64,000 nucleotides of DNA, taken from assembly GCA_964234715.1 (NCBI GenBank), contig OZ174275.1, one strand, 5' to 3'. A program made the position numbers and the translations under genes. The stretch is from Podarcis melisellensis. Lineage: Eukaryota. How positions within the stretch are numbered: the first letter of the stretch is position 1; the number at the start of each line of letters is the position of its first letter. The notes below the pieces were generated by a model that was given only the letters and a program-made list of their open reading frames with translations, ran no database searches and was not told the DNA's origin. Below, piece by piece: positions 50,601 to 64,000 of this stretch.

Positions 50601-53550
50601 AAGGAAAATTGCAACTTTTTCTTCCAAGAATGAAAACAAGTAATTTGGTATAAAGGAAAGTTGAAACATCTGCATACCTACTCTCCTGTTCAGTGGCTTG
50701 AACAAGGAGTTGGCGCAGGAAATCAACCCAGGCACAGCCTTGTAAGTAAAATTATTGTACCCTGTTCAGTTGACTTTTTGTAGCCTAATCCCTCCCCTCA
50801 GTGATGGGATAGAAATTTTATAAAGCAGCCCAGGAAGGAATAGGACACTTCTGAAATATGAAAAGCTTTAGCCCATGGGCTGGATACCCATAAGCAAGTT
50901 TTTCTGCTCAATTATTATTATTTTTTAGTCGTCTGTTACTAATAATTGACAGAACTCACTGTTGTGAAAGTTTACATCTGCTTGCACAACAGGACTTCCA
51001 CCTTGTTTTCCTCACCTCTGCAGCCCCTATGGTTCCTAAAACTGTGGGAAGACTGCAGGGGGAAGGAGATGAAGATGGAGTTCTGCTATGCAAGTTCATT
51101 CCACCCGTGCATGGACTGTTACAAACAATCCAAGGAATTTGAAAAAAATAAAAAATGGGAAAGAATTCTACAAAAAAATGTCTTGTGAGCCTGTGAGTGA
51201 GGTACTGAAACAAAGAAAAACAATTCCAATCCAATAATTTATTAAACTTCCATCTTGTAAAGCCAGTTACAAATTAAACAAAACAAAAAGAGCAGAAGGA
51301 AATCTGCAATAGAATTAATGGAAGTTATACTTCTAATTGGGTTTAAGCTGCCTGCAGCAACCCATGAACCAGGACAGAGCAGTAGTTCAGGGCTAAGGAC
51401 TGGGGAGCAGGAAGGTGTACTAAGAAGGTTCTAGTATGTATCAGACCAAACAGGGAATATCAAGTTCACTAGTCGTCTTTGTTCCACTCTGCAACCTGGT
51501 GAGGGCCAAAACAAAGAGGTAAGAACTCTTAATGTGACTCAGTCTGGTGTCTTAAGGCAATGTTTCTCTTTCAAAACTACAGAATGGTGAGACAGTCTGT
51601 CCAGCCTTGCTGATGTAACTATATAACATGCACAGGATATTTGGGTGGGCACCTTACAGGAAAAAAGAGGTGGCTGCTAAACCCTGAACTGTGGCTTTTG
51701 TGTTTTCGCTTCAATAAAAAAGAAAGCAATTATAATTACATCACTGGATGGCTTCTTCAGACAGGTGTGACTTACTTTATTTGCATTCCCCGGGACAAAG
51801 GGATGGGAGTGTGGAAACGAGATCCCTGATTGGACAATCCTTTGTAGAGGAAAAGTTCCAGATTCTTTGGGTTTTACTGAGTGGACTGGACAAGAGATTT
51901 GAAATTCAACCTTGGTAGGTCAGAGCAGATTGGCAGCTTGATTTACCTAGCTGAAAAAGAAAGTGGAAAACCCCAAAATAGCCTGGAATAGGGAAAAATG
52001 CTGCCTTTGTGCTTAGAGAGGAAGGCATAGTTGAATATAATTCCCCTCATATTACACAAACGTAGAAATGGATAGTAGACAAAGAATTCAGGATCCTGAG
52101 AATCTTGGCTGTATTTTTCTTTTTAAAAAATTAAGTCCCTAGCCCCATAGGCTATGAAAAGATGCTTACAAATACCTGGGTAATGGCCAAAGATGTCTCA
52201 GAAGGCAGGAGGTGGGCAGAGTAAGATTTGAACCCTTTGGGGACTGGATTGCAATACTTTATCCACCTCTTTACCCCTTTCCTACTGCTAGCAGAAGCAG
52301 GATAAAGAGACATATTTTGCATTAACTGCCTTTCATTTGTCATCTGCCAACCCACGGCAAGCTATTAACTTTGGAGGGCTTATGTACATGGCCTTTCTAA
52401 GCAACCACAATGGACCAATGTGGCACTTAGCCTAGTGGAACTTGTTGGTCTCCATAACCCCTCCATAAGCTCCCGCTAGAACAGCCCATGGACAGGGATG
52501 AAGGAAAGTGTAGCCCACGAATATCTGGAGGGTCACAGATTCCCCATCCCTGCCCTAGGGCTTCAGCAGCTTACAGGATAAACCCATTCTTCCCAGGCTG
52601 GCATGCTGGAGGGTTTCAGGAGAGAATGGAGCAAGTCCTCCGACAGGTGGGGATTCAGAGATGTACAGCCACCTCATCTGACTCCTCCCTGTGCCCCGTT
52701 CCTTCCCTACCTCATCAAGCACAGATGATTCCTTCAGCCTTCTGTGTTCTCAGTTACCTTGACTCTAGCTGGTTTTTCTCTCTGCCGCCTTCGCAGCCAG
52801 CTCCCTCCTCTTACCTTCTCAAAATCCATTCATTTAGTCTGTTTTACTATCTGTAGCCTCCCAAGGCTTTGTGTGGCATAAAAACTAGCCTATGGAAAAG
52901 GATAAGGAATAAAAGCAGCCCAAACTCCAGGAAGGAAGGGAAAGCAGCATCAAAGTGATTAGGGAAAAGGGACTGTTCTCCTTGCAACTGGATACACGTA
53001 GATCTATCCACAAATCTCACCCCCTGGACTCATCAGAGAAATGGGTTTTTTTATACTACCAAGTGGCAAACTCTCCAAACATGCACCATGAGAAATAACT
53101 CCTCTCCAAAGGGCTTGGAAGAACAGCACCAAAAGAAATATGTGTTGTTTTACACACAGCTGGTGGTTTCCATAAGGATCCTGCTTCGAGAGTCACAAGC
53201 CTCTGTGAAGATCTCCGCTAACATCAAACAGAGTGGTGGCCTTTTAATAAATTGTAGCTTTGAAAACTCTGTGATTTGGAAGTAATTAAACCTTAAACCT
53301 CTGGGGATGGTAATACTGATAACACAACACAACCCGCCCCTCCACGCAGCAGAGAGGCTCCCAATACTATATTCAGTAGTAGCAGCTCATCCCTGAGCGA
53401 ACATCAGCCCCCCAAAGGGTTAGTTTAGTCTTTACCATTGGAGAGCTTGGCTGCCAAATTAACTGGAGCCTCTATCTCTTGCGCATGCGGGAATCTTGCT
53501 TGGTGCATCACACCACAACATTGAGACTCCCCACCCACCCACCTGCTGCT

Positions 53551-53556
53551 TTTATT
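53551..53556 (-). terminator. Candidate polyadenylation signal of the myosin-X-like gene
   Basis: AATAAA on - about 350 nt after the stop. A more distal one lies at 51238-51243. Confidence 0.45.
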
Positions 53557-53906
53557 GCACAAAATATTTCCGCGCCTCAATCTCTTCAAGAAAGGTAGCC
53601 ACATTTGCTTCTGGTGGTCTCACTTTGCATCTGCAGTAAGGTCTTTGCTCCAAGAGTGAGGCCAGCGGGAGCCTGGCCTCCAGCTGCCTTGAGTAGCTAG
53701 CCAGAGTAGTCGGGGTTGTGGTTTTGGTTAAAGAGCAAGCCCTGCAGCTGTGGGTGCTCAGCATCAGTCCCTTTTTCCTTCTCTCAAAGCAAAGGAAAAA
53801 AGGGAGATGTTTTCTCCTTCTTACAAAAAAGGATTTTTGCTACAAATCTGGCTGGAACACAGTGTGTATCTTTCCTCAAGGGCTCAGTGCAGTGCCACAG
53901 GCCTCA

Positions 53907-56900
53907 TCACCTCGTCCAGATACTCGCACGACTGTCCAGGCTGGTGGCCGATTTGATGCTACAACATTTCTTCACAATCATGTTGATGTAGGCTTTCATG
54001 ATTTTAATGATCTCTCCCACCTAATAAGATAAGAGGGGACGGTCAGGATCACTGAGCAGTTATATAGCAGCAATTTCTGATGGTGGCCAGAAGCCAATGG
54101 AATATAACTGGAATGGGGACTTGCGAAGGGTCTTCTGTATCCCTGTGCTTTCTCCCAACCCCTCCTGCTACTATCACTTTGGGAAACGCAAGAAAGAAGC
54201 CTGCATTTCTTTGGCTGTGCATACCTGTTCCCTGAGCAGAATTCAACCCCCGCTTGCACGTGGGGGGTTTAAATTCCGCTCAAGGAACAGGCACAGGCAG
54301 CCCAAAAAATCTGTCAAATGCAGGCTTCTTCCTTGCTCCCCCCACCCTCCTTTGCTCAGGGAACAGGAGGGAGAAATTCTTTGCCAGCTTTGTGACTGGT
54401 GATTCCTAAGCCCCACCCACCTCTCAAATCTGACCCATGTGGCCAATCTGGGGAGCTAAAATTGTTCCCCACCCTTGCAACATACTTTAAAAAGGAAGCC
54501 TTTCGGCTTATGCTTTTTGCCCACCCAGTCCTGCCTCAGCACAAAATGCTTGTGGTCACTCACAAAACAGGCTAACTTAGTGTTCCATGAAGCATACCTG
54601 GGGGGTTTCAAAGTACATCTCTCTCTCATCCACTGTCAGCTTGAAGGTATTGGGCTGGGGAGCCCCAAAGAAGACAATGTGCTCATATTGGAACGTTTCT
54701 AGGGGTTTGGGGTCTCCCCGTTTGTACACCGACACATTCTCTGTGCTGACACTTAACCAGAGGTCGTTGGGAAAGCCACCTTCCTTACACTGCAGGAAAG
54801 AAACAAGAAGAGTTAGCAAAGGGAAGGTGTTGCTTGGGGGGAAAAGCATGCAGTGAACGACTGAACCGAAGACTGAAAGCCCCTGGTCAAAAACCAGTCC
54901 TCTCCCTGCCCCCCCCCCCATCCAATGAACCCCCCGAGTAATTAGTAAAGATTCCCACCTCAAAAGCAAATAATTAAAAAATGGTGTCAAAGTAAGACCC
55001 AAAATATTTTATTTATTTATTTTGATTTCCACTTCATTCTTTAATGGGATCTGCCAAATCTTAGCTCAACCGTGAACAGGCTTGGTAGCTAATATTTATT
55101 TATTGTGTTTACATCCTGCCTTTCCAGACAGTTCAGGTCTGACTACTCTGTTCTCCTGCTTTCCTGTTTTATTCTCCAAACAATGCTGAGAGGTAATTTA
55201 GCTGTGACTGAGCCAGGATTTGAACCTGGGTGTCCTCCCTCCTAGCCCAATGCTCTTAGCTACACCCACATTGGCTCTTCAGCAATTCATCGATTAGCTT
55301 GCACCTCAATTCCCGCCCCCACAATCCTCAATCTGTAATAGTGGGGGTAATAAAATGGAACCATCTTTGCAGGTTCTTATTAAGTGCAACTGAGATAATA
55401 AACATAATCCTCCTGTAGCATCTTTCAAAGAAGGAGGATTAATACTGAAGCTTCTTGTGTGTCTCTCACCTCCACATCAAAGACAGTGGAGCCGTAGCCC
55501 GACCATTCCTTCATGATGTTCATGTAGGCCACCATGGCTTGCTGCTGGAGCAGCCCCTGCAGTTTGCACCACTTTTCTGTTATGCTGGCCCGAGCTGCCG
55601 ACAGCTCCTCTTTCACCCACATCTCCATCATCTGCTCCTCTTCCACCTTTTGCTTCTTCACTGAGCCTGCCTTAAAGCTACGCTTCAGAGTGCCCTCCAG
55701 GAAGCTGGTCCGCCTTTTCTCCAGAGCATGGCTGCTAGGACCGCTACTCTTCATGGACTGCAGGATTTTGGACTTCAGCCTCTTCACTGGATAGATGTTG
55801 TCCAGGGACCAGGAGATTTTGGAAATATCCCCATAGAGGTACTGCAGCCTCAGAGCAGCCAAGTGCTGCAGTGTCTCCTCTGGACCAGGGAAATGGCCAT
55901 CAATGAGACTTTCATGAGCCTGTGAATAGCAGAAGGAGCAATTTTATTCGTGGGTCTATAAATGTTGTTACTTGCTATTTTATTGTTCTCTGAAACTTTG
56001 GAATTTTAATACTGTACGGTGTATGGTGTAACCAACCTTGGGAGGTAGATACACTAATAAGCAGGCAAATAACTAGCTAACTAAAATATGTTTTTCCCCA
56101 AAGGCTGTTTGCTTCAAGAGACCATCCCAATGCCTATGCTTACCCCTTTGGAATTATAATTAAGTTATGTATATTGCCTTATAAGTCAAGATGAACAACT
56201 CAGTGTCCTAATAGCAATGGGCTGTTGCAGGCAAATTCTCCACAACCCTGGCTTGAGCCAGCCACCCACTCAGCCACTCACCTGCTTATTGTCTCCCATG
56301 CGAAGACTTACCTGCTCAAACATGAAAGCAAATTCCACCCCTTCCTTAGGAACGTTTTCAACATCCAAGAAACAATACAGTTTAAAGTACAGCTGCCAGT
56401 GCCCATCCTCATCCTCCTCTTCTACGGACCCAGCAAGTCTGAAAGATGAGGAAGAAGCTGGTTACCTTCTGGTTCGTTGGTTAAGAAGAGCTGGTCTACA
56501 CGTAGCATCTGTCTCTGAAACAGCATCTCCATAGCACCCTGCCATAAGGTCTCAGAGTACTAGCAACATGGCAGAAGGCCTTCTTGTTTAGAAAGTATCA
56601 GATCCCCCAATGCTAAACAGGAGGATTATTCCTGTGAGACACCTACCTCTCAAACTTGGCCAGAACATCGGCTACAATCACCCGACTCTCAATGGCCTTG
56701 TCCACATGCTTGTTGCGTTCAAAGAGGGCAAACATGTTCCGACTATCTTCCATGGCCAACCCCCGGATCAGCTTCTCTACCACCTACAAAGGGAGGAGGG
56801 AGACCACGTTACTCTACAAAGGATTTGGTTGCACAAGGAACCTCTCAGACAGATGCAAACAGGCTGGACTAAGAGAGAGAGACATATATTCCCTCCACTT

Positions 56901-59272
56901 CCGCTAGTAGAGGCCATCTGAAGCAAGCTGAATGCCCCTTCTTCCCTGGACATCTTTGCCTTGAAAATTCTGCCTTCGTTCCTACCTCTCCGGCACTGGT
57001 ATGAGAATTGATGGTAATTTGACAGGAACCTCCTCCGTGGCAGTAGACGGTGGTGGTCATTTCCTCCCGGGTGATGAGGGCCTGTATTTCCTCCTGGGAG
57101 GGGACAAACTCCCTGCTCTTGGTTCTTTTCAGTGAATCAGTGATGAACTGAGAATAGCGATCTATTTCAGTGCCTGGGAAGAGATCTTTTACTCTGGTTG
57201 AGGGAGGGTGAGGAGAGAGAAGAGATAAATAACATATTGCCATTCTCTCATGAAACAAACTTTGACCTAGAACCGTGTCATTTGTATAGCGAGGCCAAGC
57301 CAACTCAAGAGGCTGTGCGCTACCTACAGCCTATGAAGATGTTGTATCACTCAATATAAGCAAATTTCATTCATTTGGACAGAGGTTATTTACTGTTTTC
57401 TGCCTCTGAGACCAATATTTACACCTTTGTCTAAAAATATCAGGACCAGCTTGGCACTGCTGCTGAGTAGAAAGCAGGTATGAGGGACAGTAGTACAGGA
57501 AGCACTGGAGTTTTCACAAAGCAAGGTGGAGGTAAATTGGGGGTGGGTGGCCTCTGCAATGATCTCTAAGGATGCAAGTATTAGGCAAAGGGCCTCCTGT
57601 TTTGCATGCAGAAGGTTCCTGGTTCTACTCTGGCTAGGACTGAATCCTGGAGAGCTGTTGCCCTTCAGTGGAGATAATACTGAGATGGTCGGACTGATGG
57701 GCTGACTCAATATGAAGCAGCCTTCCTATGTTTCTGTATGTCTGCAGCGACTGGTGCTATGTAATGCATTCCTCAGTTCTCTGGAGTCAGGGAGCTAGCT
57801 ACAATTGCAGAGAAATTCCTCCAGGATGGTTCTTACCTTCTGAGGTGGAACTTGAGGTAACGGAGGATTCCTCTGCTGGGCAGGAAGGTGCAGCTCATGC
57901 AGGTCATCAGCTGCCAGTGGTGAAGGTTCCCCGGTCTGTTGGGCTGTGGCACGTGGTTTGTCTGCTTGATCAGCTGACAGTACACCTCGTCCCGGAGGGG
58001 CCTGAGATCATGGCAGGTCTGCAGAATGCCCTGGATAATGGGGATGGGGTCCGAGACTGTCTCGATCTCCTGAAGGGAGTTAAAGATCTTCATTGCTTCG
58101 TCCTGGAGGCTGCTGTAGCCTTTCTCTTGCTGCACTGCAGTGGGAGGAGGCGGCACAAACAACAAGGCAGGGAGAAGGCAGTCAGTATGTCCTCCAACTA
58201 CGGACTGGCCAGCTGGTAGTTCATCACTCCAGGAAACACATTTGCTCATGCCCACAACCCAGTGGAGAAAGGAAACTCCTCTGACAATTATCACTACCCA
58301 AAGGTCACTTGAGAGACAATCCAGTTCCCCGCATTAGAAATGGTTACATGATAGGGCTATGATTCTGCTCTTTTCTTAATGCACAATTCTTTGTATATCA
58401 GCTAGTTAATTCCATTTCACTGGTAAGTTCACTGCATCTTCCCACTTCTACAGTGTTTTTTTAAACATCAGAGTTCAGCAGGAGTCAACACAATAACTCT
58501 GATTTACAGTGCAATTCTATGCATGTTTATTAGGATGTAGGACCCACTGAGACTTACTTCTGAGTCAGTGTACACAGAATTCTTGTGCACACTCAGCTAA
58601 GAAGTAAGTTGCACTGAAGTTGAACCTACTTTTGAGGAAACGTGTATACTGGGTTGCACTGTAAAGCTGGATGACCTTCACCCTGGCAAGATTCTGCCAC
58701 AGTCCCCTCCCAGCCTCTAAAAAATATTCCTTTTGAACCCTTGACATAGCATCCTCAAAAGCCACCAAGTCACTCACAGTTGACCCCAACGTCCCCATAT
58801 GGCAGTGGTAGAAGCGGTGAGTGCAAGGGGTGCTGGGTGTATCTCAGGATAGGATTCCTCCGGTAGATCTGTTCTACCACTTCAGGGTTCATGCTGTTCT
58901 CCTGAAAGGAAGGGGTGGGCAAATAGAGGTTACCTTTACAGGGCTTCTCTCTTTCCCTCCAACTATCTAATTGCACTATTAAATGGAAGTGCTCCCAGTC
59001 CATTACAGAAGAGATAAAACAACAGTTAAAGGCCTTGCACTGCAAAAATGGCAAAGTGGTCAGAAACAGGGGAAACTGCCAAACCAAGTCCATAGAAGGA
59101 TTTGGAGATCACTTTATATCACAAAATATCCAGAGTATGTCAGGCCAACAACAGCCCTCTCATCAAAAGGAATTCTGAATATTTAGAAACACACCATGTT
59201 CTGACAGATCATAATATTGCTTTTAGTTGTTGTTGAATAAAATGTGCATCTACACCTTTCTGCCGATTTTAA

Positions 59273-59310
<38 letters not shown>

Positions 59311-62300
59311 GGGAACTAACCAAGTGTATATGTATTTCCATCTGTCTACCTGAAAAGGGGGGGCCAAACGGCAAACTTCAGAGAGGAAATTACAAGAGGT
59401 GCTTCCTTGTAGCTCAGTGGAGGGATTCCTATGATACAAACACATGAAGCTGCCTGCATTCTGTACAGTCAAACTACTGGTTCAGCCAGTGTTCTTTATT
59501 CTGACCGGCAGCTGCCCTCCAAGGTCTGAGAGGTTTTCCTCAACCCTGATACTGGATATCCTTCTTTCATGGGAGATGTCGGGTATTGTACCAGGGACCT
59601 TCTGTATGCAAACAATGTGATCCACCACTGAGCTATGACTCTCCCATAAAAATGTGCAGCCTTTGGATTATCCTGCACATATGAATGTGCCTTAACACAC
59701 TATTCCCGCTGAGAGAGGGATTCTACCAGAATCCTTTGCAGAATCCAGACCTACTACTTAATAATTAATAGACCCTGTCCTTTGTGTATGTTCCATTCTT
59801 GCTTTTGATTATTCCAACGTGTGTGCAGAGAGAAATTGTATACCTAGAAGAGGGGCAGGAAGAAAGGGAAAGTGCTTAGGGGCATCTCCACTTCTGAACT
59901 GAGCAGAATGATGCAAATAATGGGAGGGAAGCTCAAATACCTGGGTATTTACACAGACACGAGCAAATCCTAAAAGGTTGTATATGAAGAGAGCAAGGAA
60001 AGCTCATTTGCCTTAATATCTTAAACCTGTGCATATAAAGAGATCCTAGTAATCTGGATATAAAACTTATAAAAAGGTAAAGGACCCCTTTACTCTGGGG
60101 TTGCGGCGTACAGCTTCCGGGTCATGTGGCCAGCATGACTAAGCTGCTTCTGGCAAAACCAGAGCTGCGCACGGAAATGCTGTTTACCTTCCCACCGGAG
60201 TGGTACCTATTTATCTACTTGCACTTTGATGTGCTTTCGAACTGCTAGGTGGGCAGGAGCAGGGACTGAGCAACAGGAGCTGGCCCCGTCATGGGGATTT
60301 GAACCGCCGACCTTCCGATAGGCAAGCCCAAGAGGCTCAGTGGTTTAGACCACAGCCCTCATACTCATGTGCAATTAAGAATTAGAGGCACTTACTCTAA
60401 TGTCCCGAATCAGCTGCTGTGTGGGTGTTTCAATGGGAACCTTGCTGTCAATGACTCCTTGGATGGCAGAGACCCAGCGCATGGCTTCATTCAACAGCTT
60501 TGTATAGAGCCGGTACGAGTGCTTTCTGCCATGCACAGTGATATTCCAGTAGCCTGAAGGCACAAACAGAAACAGGCAACTGCTGCCCAATCTTGGAGTA
60601 ATTGAGATGGCAAATGATACAGCGAGAGAGAAAAGTGTGAGCTGGCAGAGGCCAGATCCTGGTGGCAATGTTGACTGCGCTCTATCAGCTGCTCATGACA
60701 TGATGCAGTTGCCGTGCGATCTAAACTGGCCAATGGCACCCAGAGGGGTCTACAGAAAGCCCGATATTCCTTTGTGCACTTGATTGGCTTGGCCCATGGA
60801 GACCAACTTAACCCCACAGGACTCACTCTGTGCCATCATTCCCATGACACAAATGCTATTTCACTCCAAAGAAACCAGCAAATTAAATGTTATGGTTTAT
60901 AGGATGAACAGAGTCAGTCCAGAAATTCTCTTCGGGCCTTACCAATAATGAATGCAGAACAGACACAGGCATATGAACATGTGATCTGCATCATACAAAG
61001 TCCAACCATGGTCCCATCTATCCCAATACTAGCAGCTGGTCTCTCAGGCAGATTCTCCCAAGCGCTGATCCTGGATCCTTTGAAATGAGGATTGAAGCTG
61101 GGACCCTCTACATGCAAAATACAGACCCTCCCTATAGTCTGCCAGGACTGTGTCCTATTACAAATGACCAAAATGATATTCCACACATTCATAGCCGTGC
61201 ACAAAATGGTAAAGAATGGCAACGAACACTCAGAGAAGGACACAGTGGCACACAAAGAACACCTTTCCCCCTTCCTTACCTGTTTCTTTGAAGACCCTTT
61301 CATCAGGCTGGACCACTGAGCAGAGGCTGTTCAGCACCAGTGTCCCGAGCTTGGTGGCTGTGCGCTCGGACGATTTGTAGTAATCAAGGGCAGTGTTGGT
61401 CAGCACAAACCAGCGTTTCTTCACCTTCAGGGAAGAGGTCTTGCTACTGCTCTGGACCTCCTTATGAAGCCAGCCTGATGGGACAGAGGGACAACAGGGC
61501 CCAATGGAACTGAAATTCAAGAAATCGAGTTTGCTCCCCTGCTAACGGGAAGCTGCTGGAGACTTTCAAATTCCTGTTCCTTTCTTTTAAAGAGCAGAGG
61601 AAGGAGGAGGCACAATTCAGTCTAAACCTTCATCTCCCCCAGCTGACTTCCTGACTTCACTANNNNNNNNNNNNNNNNNNNNNNNNNNNNNNNNNNNNNN
61701 NNNNNNNNNNNNNNNNNNNNNNNNNNNNNNNNNNNNNNNNNNNNNNNNNNNNNNNNNNNNNNNNNNNNNNNNNNNNNNNNNNNNNNNNNNNNNNNNNNNN
61801 NNNNNNNNNNNNNNNNNNNNNNNNNNNNNNNNNNNNNNNNACCACCCAAAGAGCTTTTAATGAACCATGTTTGGCGTTTGTGTTTGGAGGGAAGTGAGGG
61901 GGCGGGAGGAGACTGCTTGGGGTACAGAATGTTAAGGCAAGTGGGAGAGGGCAGCTGAAGCGTGTGCTGAATGACGGTTGGGGTGGTGGGTGGGAATTTT
62001 GACAGTTGAGAGAGCGATGATGGGATCAGCATTTAATTACTGGGATGAATCACAGTCACCTCAAACTTCACTCTGTTTACATCGTTCCTCAGATTACTGT
62101 ATTTTCCGCCCCATAGGACGCACCTGGTTTTTTTGGGGGGAAATAAAAAAAAATTATTTCTCCCCCAGGTGCGGGGCTGGGGCGGGGGAAGCCCGAGGTT
62201 CCCCCCGCCCCCAGAACAAGCTGCTATCCGCTAGCCGTGGGAGAGCCGCACGACTTCACGTGGCTCTCCCACGGCTAGCGGAGCGCTGCGCAAAGCCCGA

Positions 62301-63185
62301 AGCTTGGGGCGAGCTGAGCTCAGCGCGCCCCAAGCTTCTGGGTGCAGGCAAGCTCTCCGCTAGCCGTGGGAGAGCTGCGTCTCCCACGGCTAGCGGATAG
62401 CTTCCTGAAGCCTGGAGAGCGAGGGGGGTCGGTGCGCACATAGGATGCACACATATTTCCCCTTCATTTTTGGAGGGGGAAAAGTGCGTACCATAGGGCG
62501 AAAAATACGGTATATACTCTGCTGCTAACCCTGGGTATCTTGTCAGTGAAACCCACACTTAAAGGGTGTGAATACATACCTCAGTTCTTAACACTTATAC
62601 ACTGCTGTTAAAACATGAAGACTATAGTGGCTTCATCTTAGTAAATCCTTACAAGCATCCTGCAATGCCAATATGAACAGGTGGGGTCGAGGCAAAGAAA
62701 GCAGCAAACTTGCCCATGGCCACCTAGAGAATTCCTGGATGAGGGGAGATTTGAACTGGAGGCTTTCTCACCACTCCATGTTATGAGCCACTCTGTTGCA
62801 TCAGTTCTCATGGTCATCATCAGCTTCATATCCCATTTATAAAGTGGAAAATCCCATTATCACTTTGGAAGAGTGAGCTGTGCCATGACTGTAGCAACTA
62901 GTGCTATGGTGAGATAGGCTGCCTCAAAGGCCAGCAAATGGCTTATTTGTATTATTAACACCACTGGGGAAGGAGGGTACTGTTTAGGTGTTCTGCCTCA
63001 GGCACAGTATATTTAGCCAGCTCTTTCATCTTGCCTTCATACCTCTCACAAGAAATTCCTGCCCATCGACCCGGGATTCGCCTTTGGGCTTCTGCAACAG
63101 GGAGATCCAGTGGTGCATCTCTTCAGGGATGTCACTGTTGCAGTGAATGACTCTATTTGCTGTGATGATCACAAAGGAGTTTGGC
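53907..63185 (-). CDS. Unconventional myosin-X-like protein, 3' exons encoding the PH-MyTH4-FERM tail (partial; gene continues beyond the window)
   Basis: Exons 63185-63043, 61474-61280, 60553-60396, 58901-58778, 58134-57837, 57193-56986, 56783-56647, 56438-56312, 55919-55470, 54789-54598, 54020-53907, all phase-compatible. GWLHKE...KKRWFVL (PH), LRDEVYCQLIKQT (MyTH4), YGSTVFDVE (FERM) and MKAYINMIVKK match the MYO10 family. Confidence 0.92.
59275..59308. repeat. (GT)n microsatellite
   Basis: Uninterrupted GT dinucleotide run. Confidence 0.95.
60071..60357 (-). mobile_element. Sauria-SINE-like element
   Basis: AAAAGGTAAAGGACCCCT tail, GGTACCTATTTATCTACTTGCAC body and GGTTTAGACCACAGC head, all in reverse orientation. 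Confidence 0.78.
61663..61840. other. Assembly gap (178 N) within a myosin-X-like intron
   Basis: Run of Ns. The flanking exons are phase-compatible and contiguous in protein (EFLVR|GWLHK), so no coding exon seems to be hidden. Confidence 0.98.
62097..62510. mobile_element. MITE family A copy 3
   Basis: TIRs CTGTATTTTCCGCCCCATAGGACGCAC / GTGCGTACCATAGGGCGAAAAATACGG, TA-flanked, internal hairpins. Confidence 0.85.
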
Positions 63186-63499
63186 CTGAAAAATCACCAT
63201 CATCAAAATTAGTATCTCGTCGTCAGCATTATCATCATCAATATTAATATTTTTTCCAAAGCCACAACACAAATCTGTTTGTTTTTGCCCAGACTCAAGC
63301 TGTGCAAGAAAACATGTGAAGATTAGGCCACACAGAAACACATTGATTTTGCTCTCCTTTTCAAGGATGCAAGTCAGATTACTGATTCAGATGCAACTTT
63401 AAAACCGTGGAAGTGCTTAGTGTTTGCCAATTCCAGAAAAACTACTATTCTGGAAGAAATGGGCATGTGTCATGGGGAAGAGGGGGAAGTGTATGAGAT

Positions 63500-63990
63500 G
63501 TCTGATTTGCCCACAGTGACAGATGTATTAGTTACATCCAGTTTGGATTACTCTAACACACTCTACATGGGGCTGCCTTTGAACAGTACTCTGAAACTTC
63601 AACTGGCTCCAAAAGCTGCAGCCAGATAGTTGACAGGGGCTGGTTATATGTAGCAGATGACTCCCTTGCTAGAACAGCTCCACTGGCTACAGGTCTGTTT
63701 CCGGGCGTAATTCAAAGTGCGGGTTATTACCTATATAGCACCACATGGCTTATGCCCAGGCTGTCTGAAGGACCTTATTGACCAATACAAACCTGCCTGG
63801 GTCTTGAGGTGAGGTCCTTCTCCTGGGCCCGCCACACTCACAGGCATGCTTGGTGGGGACATGGGAGAGGGCCTTCTTGGTGGCTGCTCCCAGTCTCTGG
63901 AACTCCCTCCCTAGAGAAGCTAGACTGGCTCCTCGTTGCCTTTGCACAGGCAGGTAAAGGCTTTCTTGTCCCAACAGGCTTTTGGGAACT
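63500..63990 (+). mobile_element. L2-type LINE 3' fragment
   Basis: Degenerate ORF2 (LVTSSLDYSNTLYMGLPL...KLQL...AAAR, EQLHWL, AAPSLWNSLP). Confidence 0.75.
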
Positions 63991-64000
63991 GACTGCTTTT

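Overview
Eukaryotic (vertebrate) genomic DNA. Sauria-SINE-like, Penelope-like and Tc1/pogo MITE repeats point to a squamate, probably a lacertid lizard. Gene order: 3' exons of AGBL2 (+), complete MTCH2 (+, 13 exons, 301 aa), a glycine N-acyltransferase-like gene (-, 5 coding exons, 284 aa), complete AIP (+, 6 exons, 330 aa), and the 3' 11 exons of a myosin-X-like gene (-, PH-MyTH4-FERM tail). The stand-out is an intact single-exon secreted phospholipase A2 gene nested antisense in MTCH2 intron 1. It has a signal peptide, an REKR furin site, a group-X-type 16-Cys pattern, a full catalytic network, a basic mature chain, a C-terminal extension and its own polyA signal. Also present: many MITEs, a young L1 insertion with TSDs, a foldback Penelope-like end with degenerate hammerhead cores, and one assembly gap. 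Exon boundaries were read by eye from GT/AG sites and frame continuity. Gene identities come from recalled protein sequences, not from database searches.
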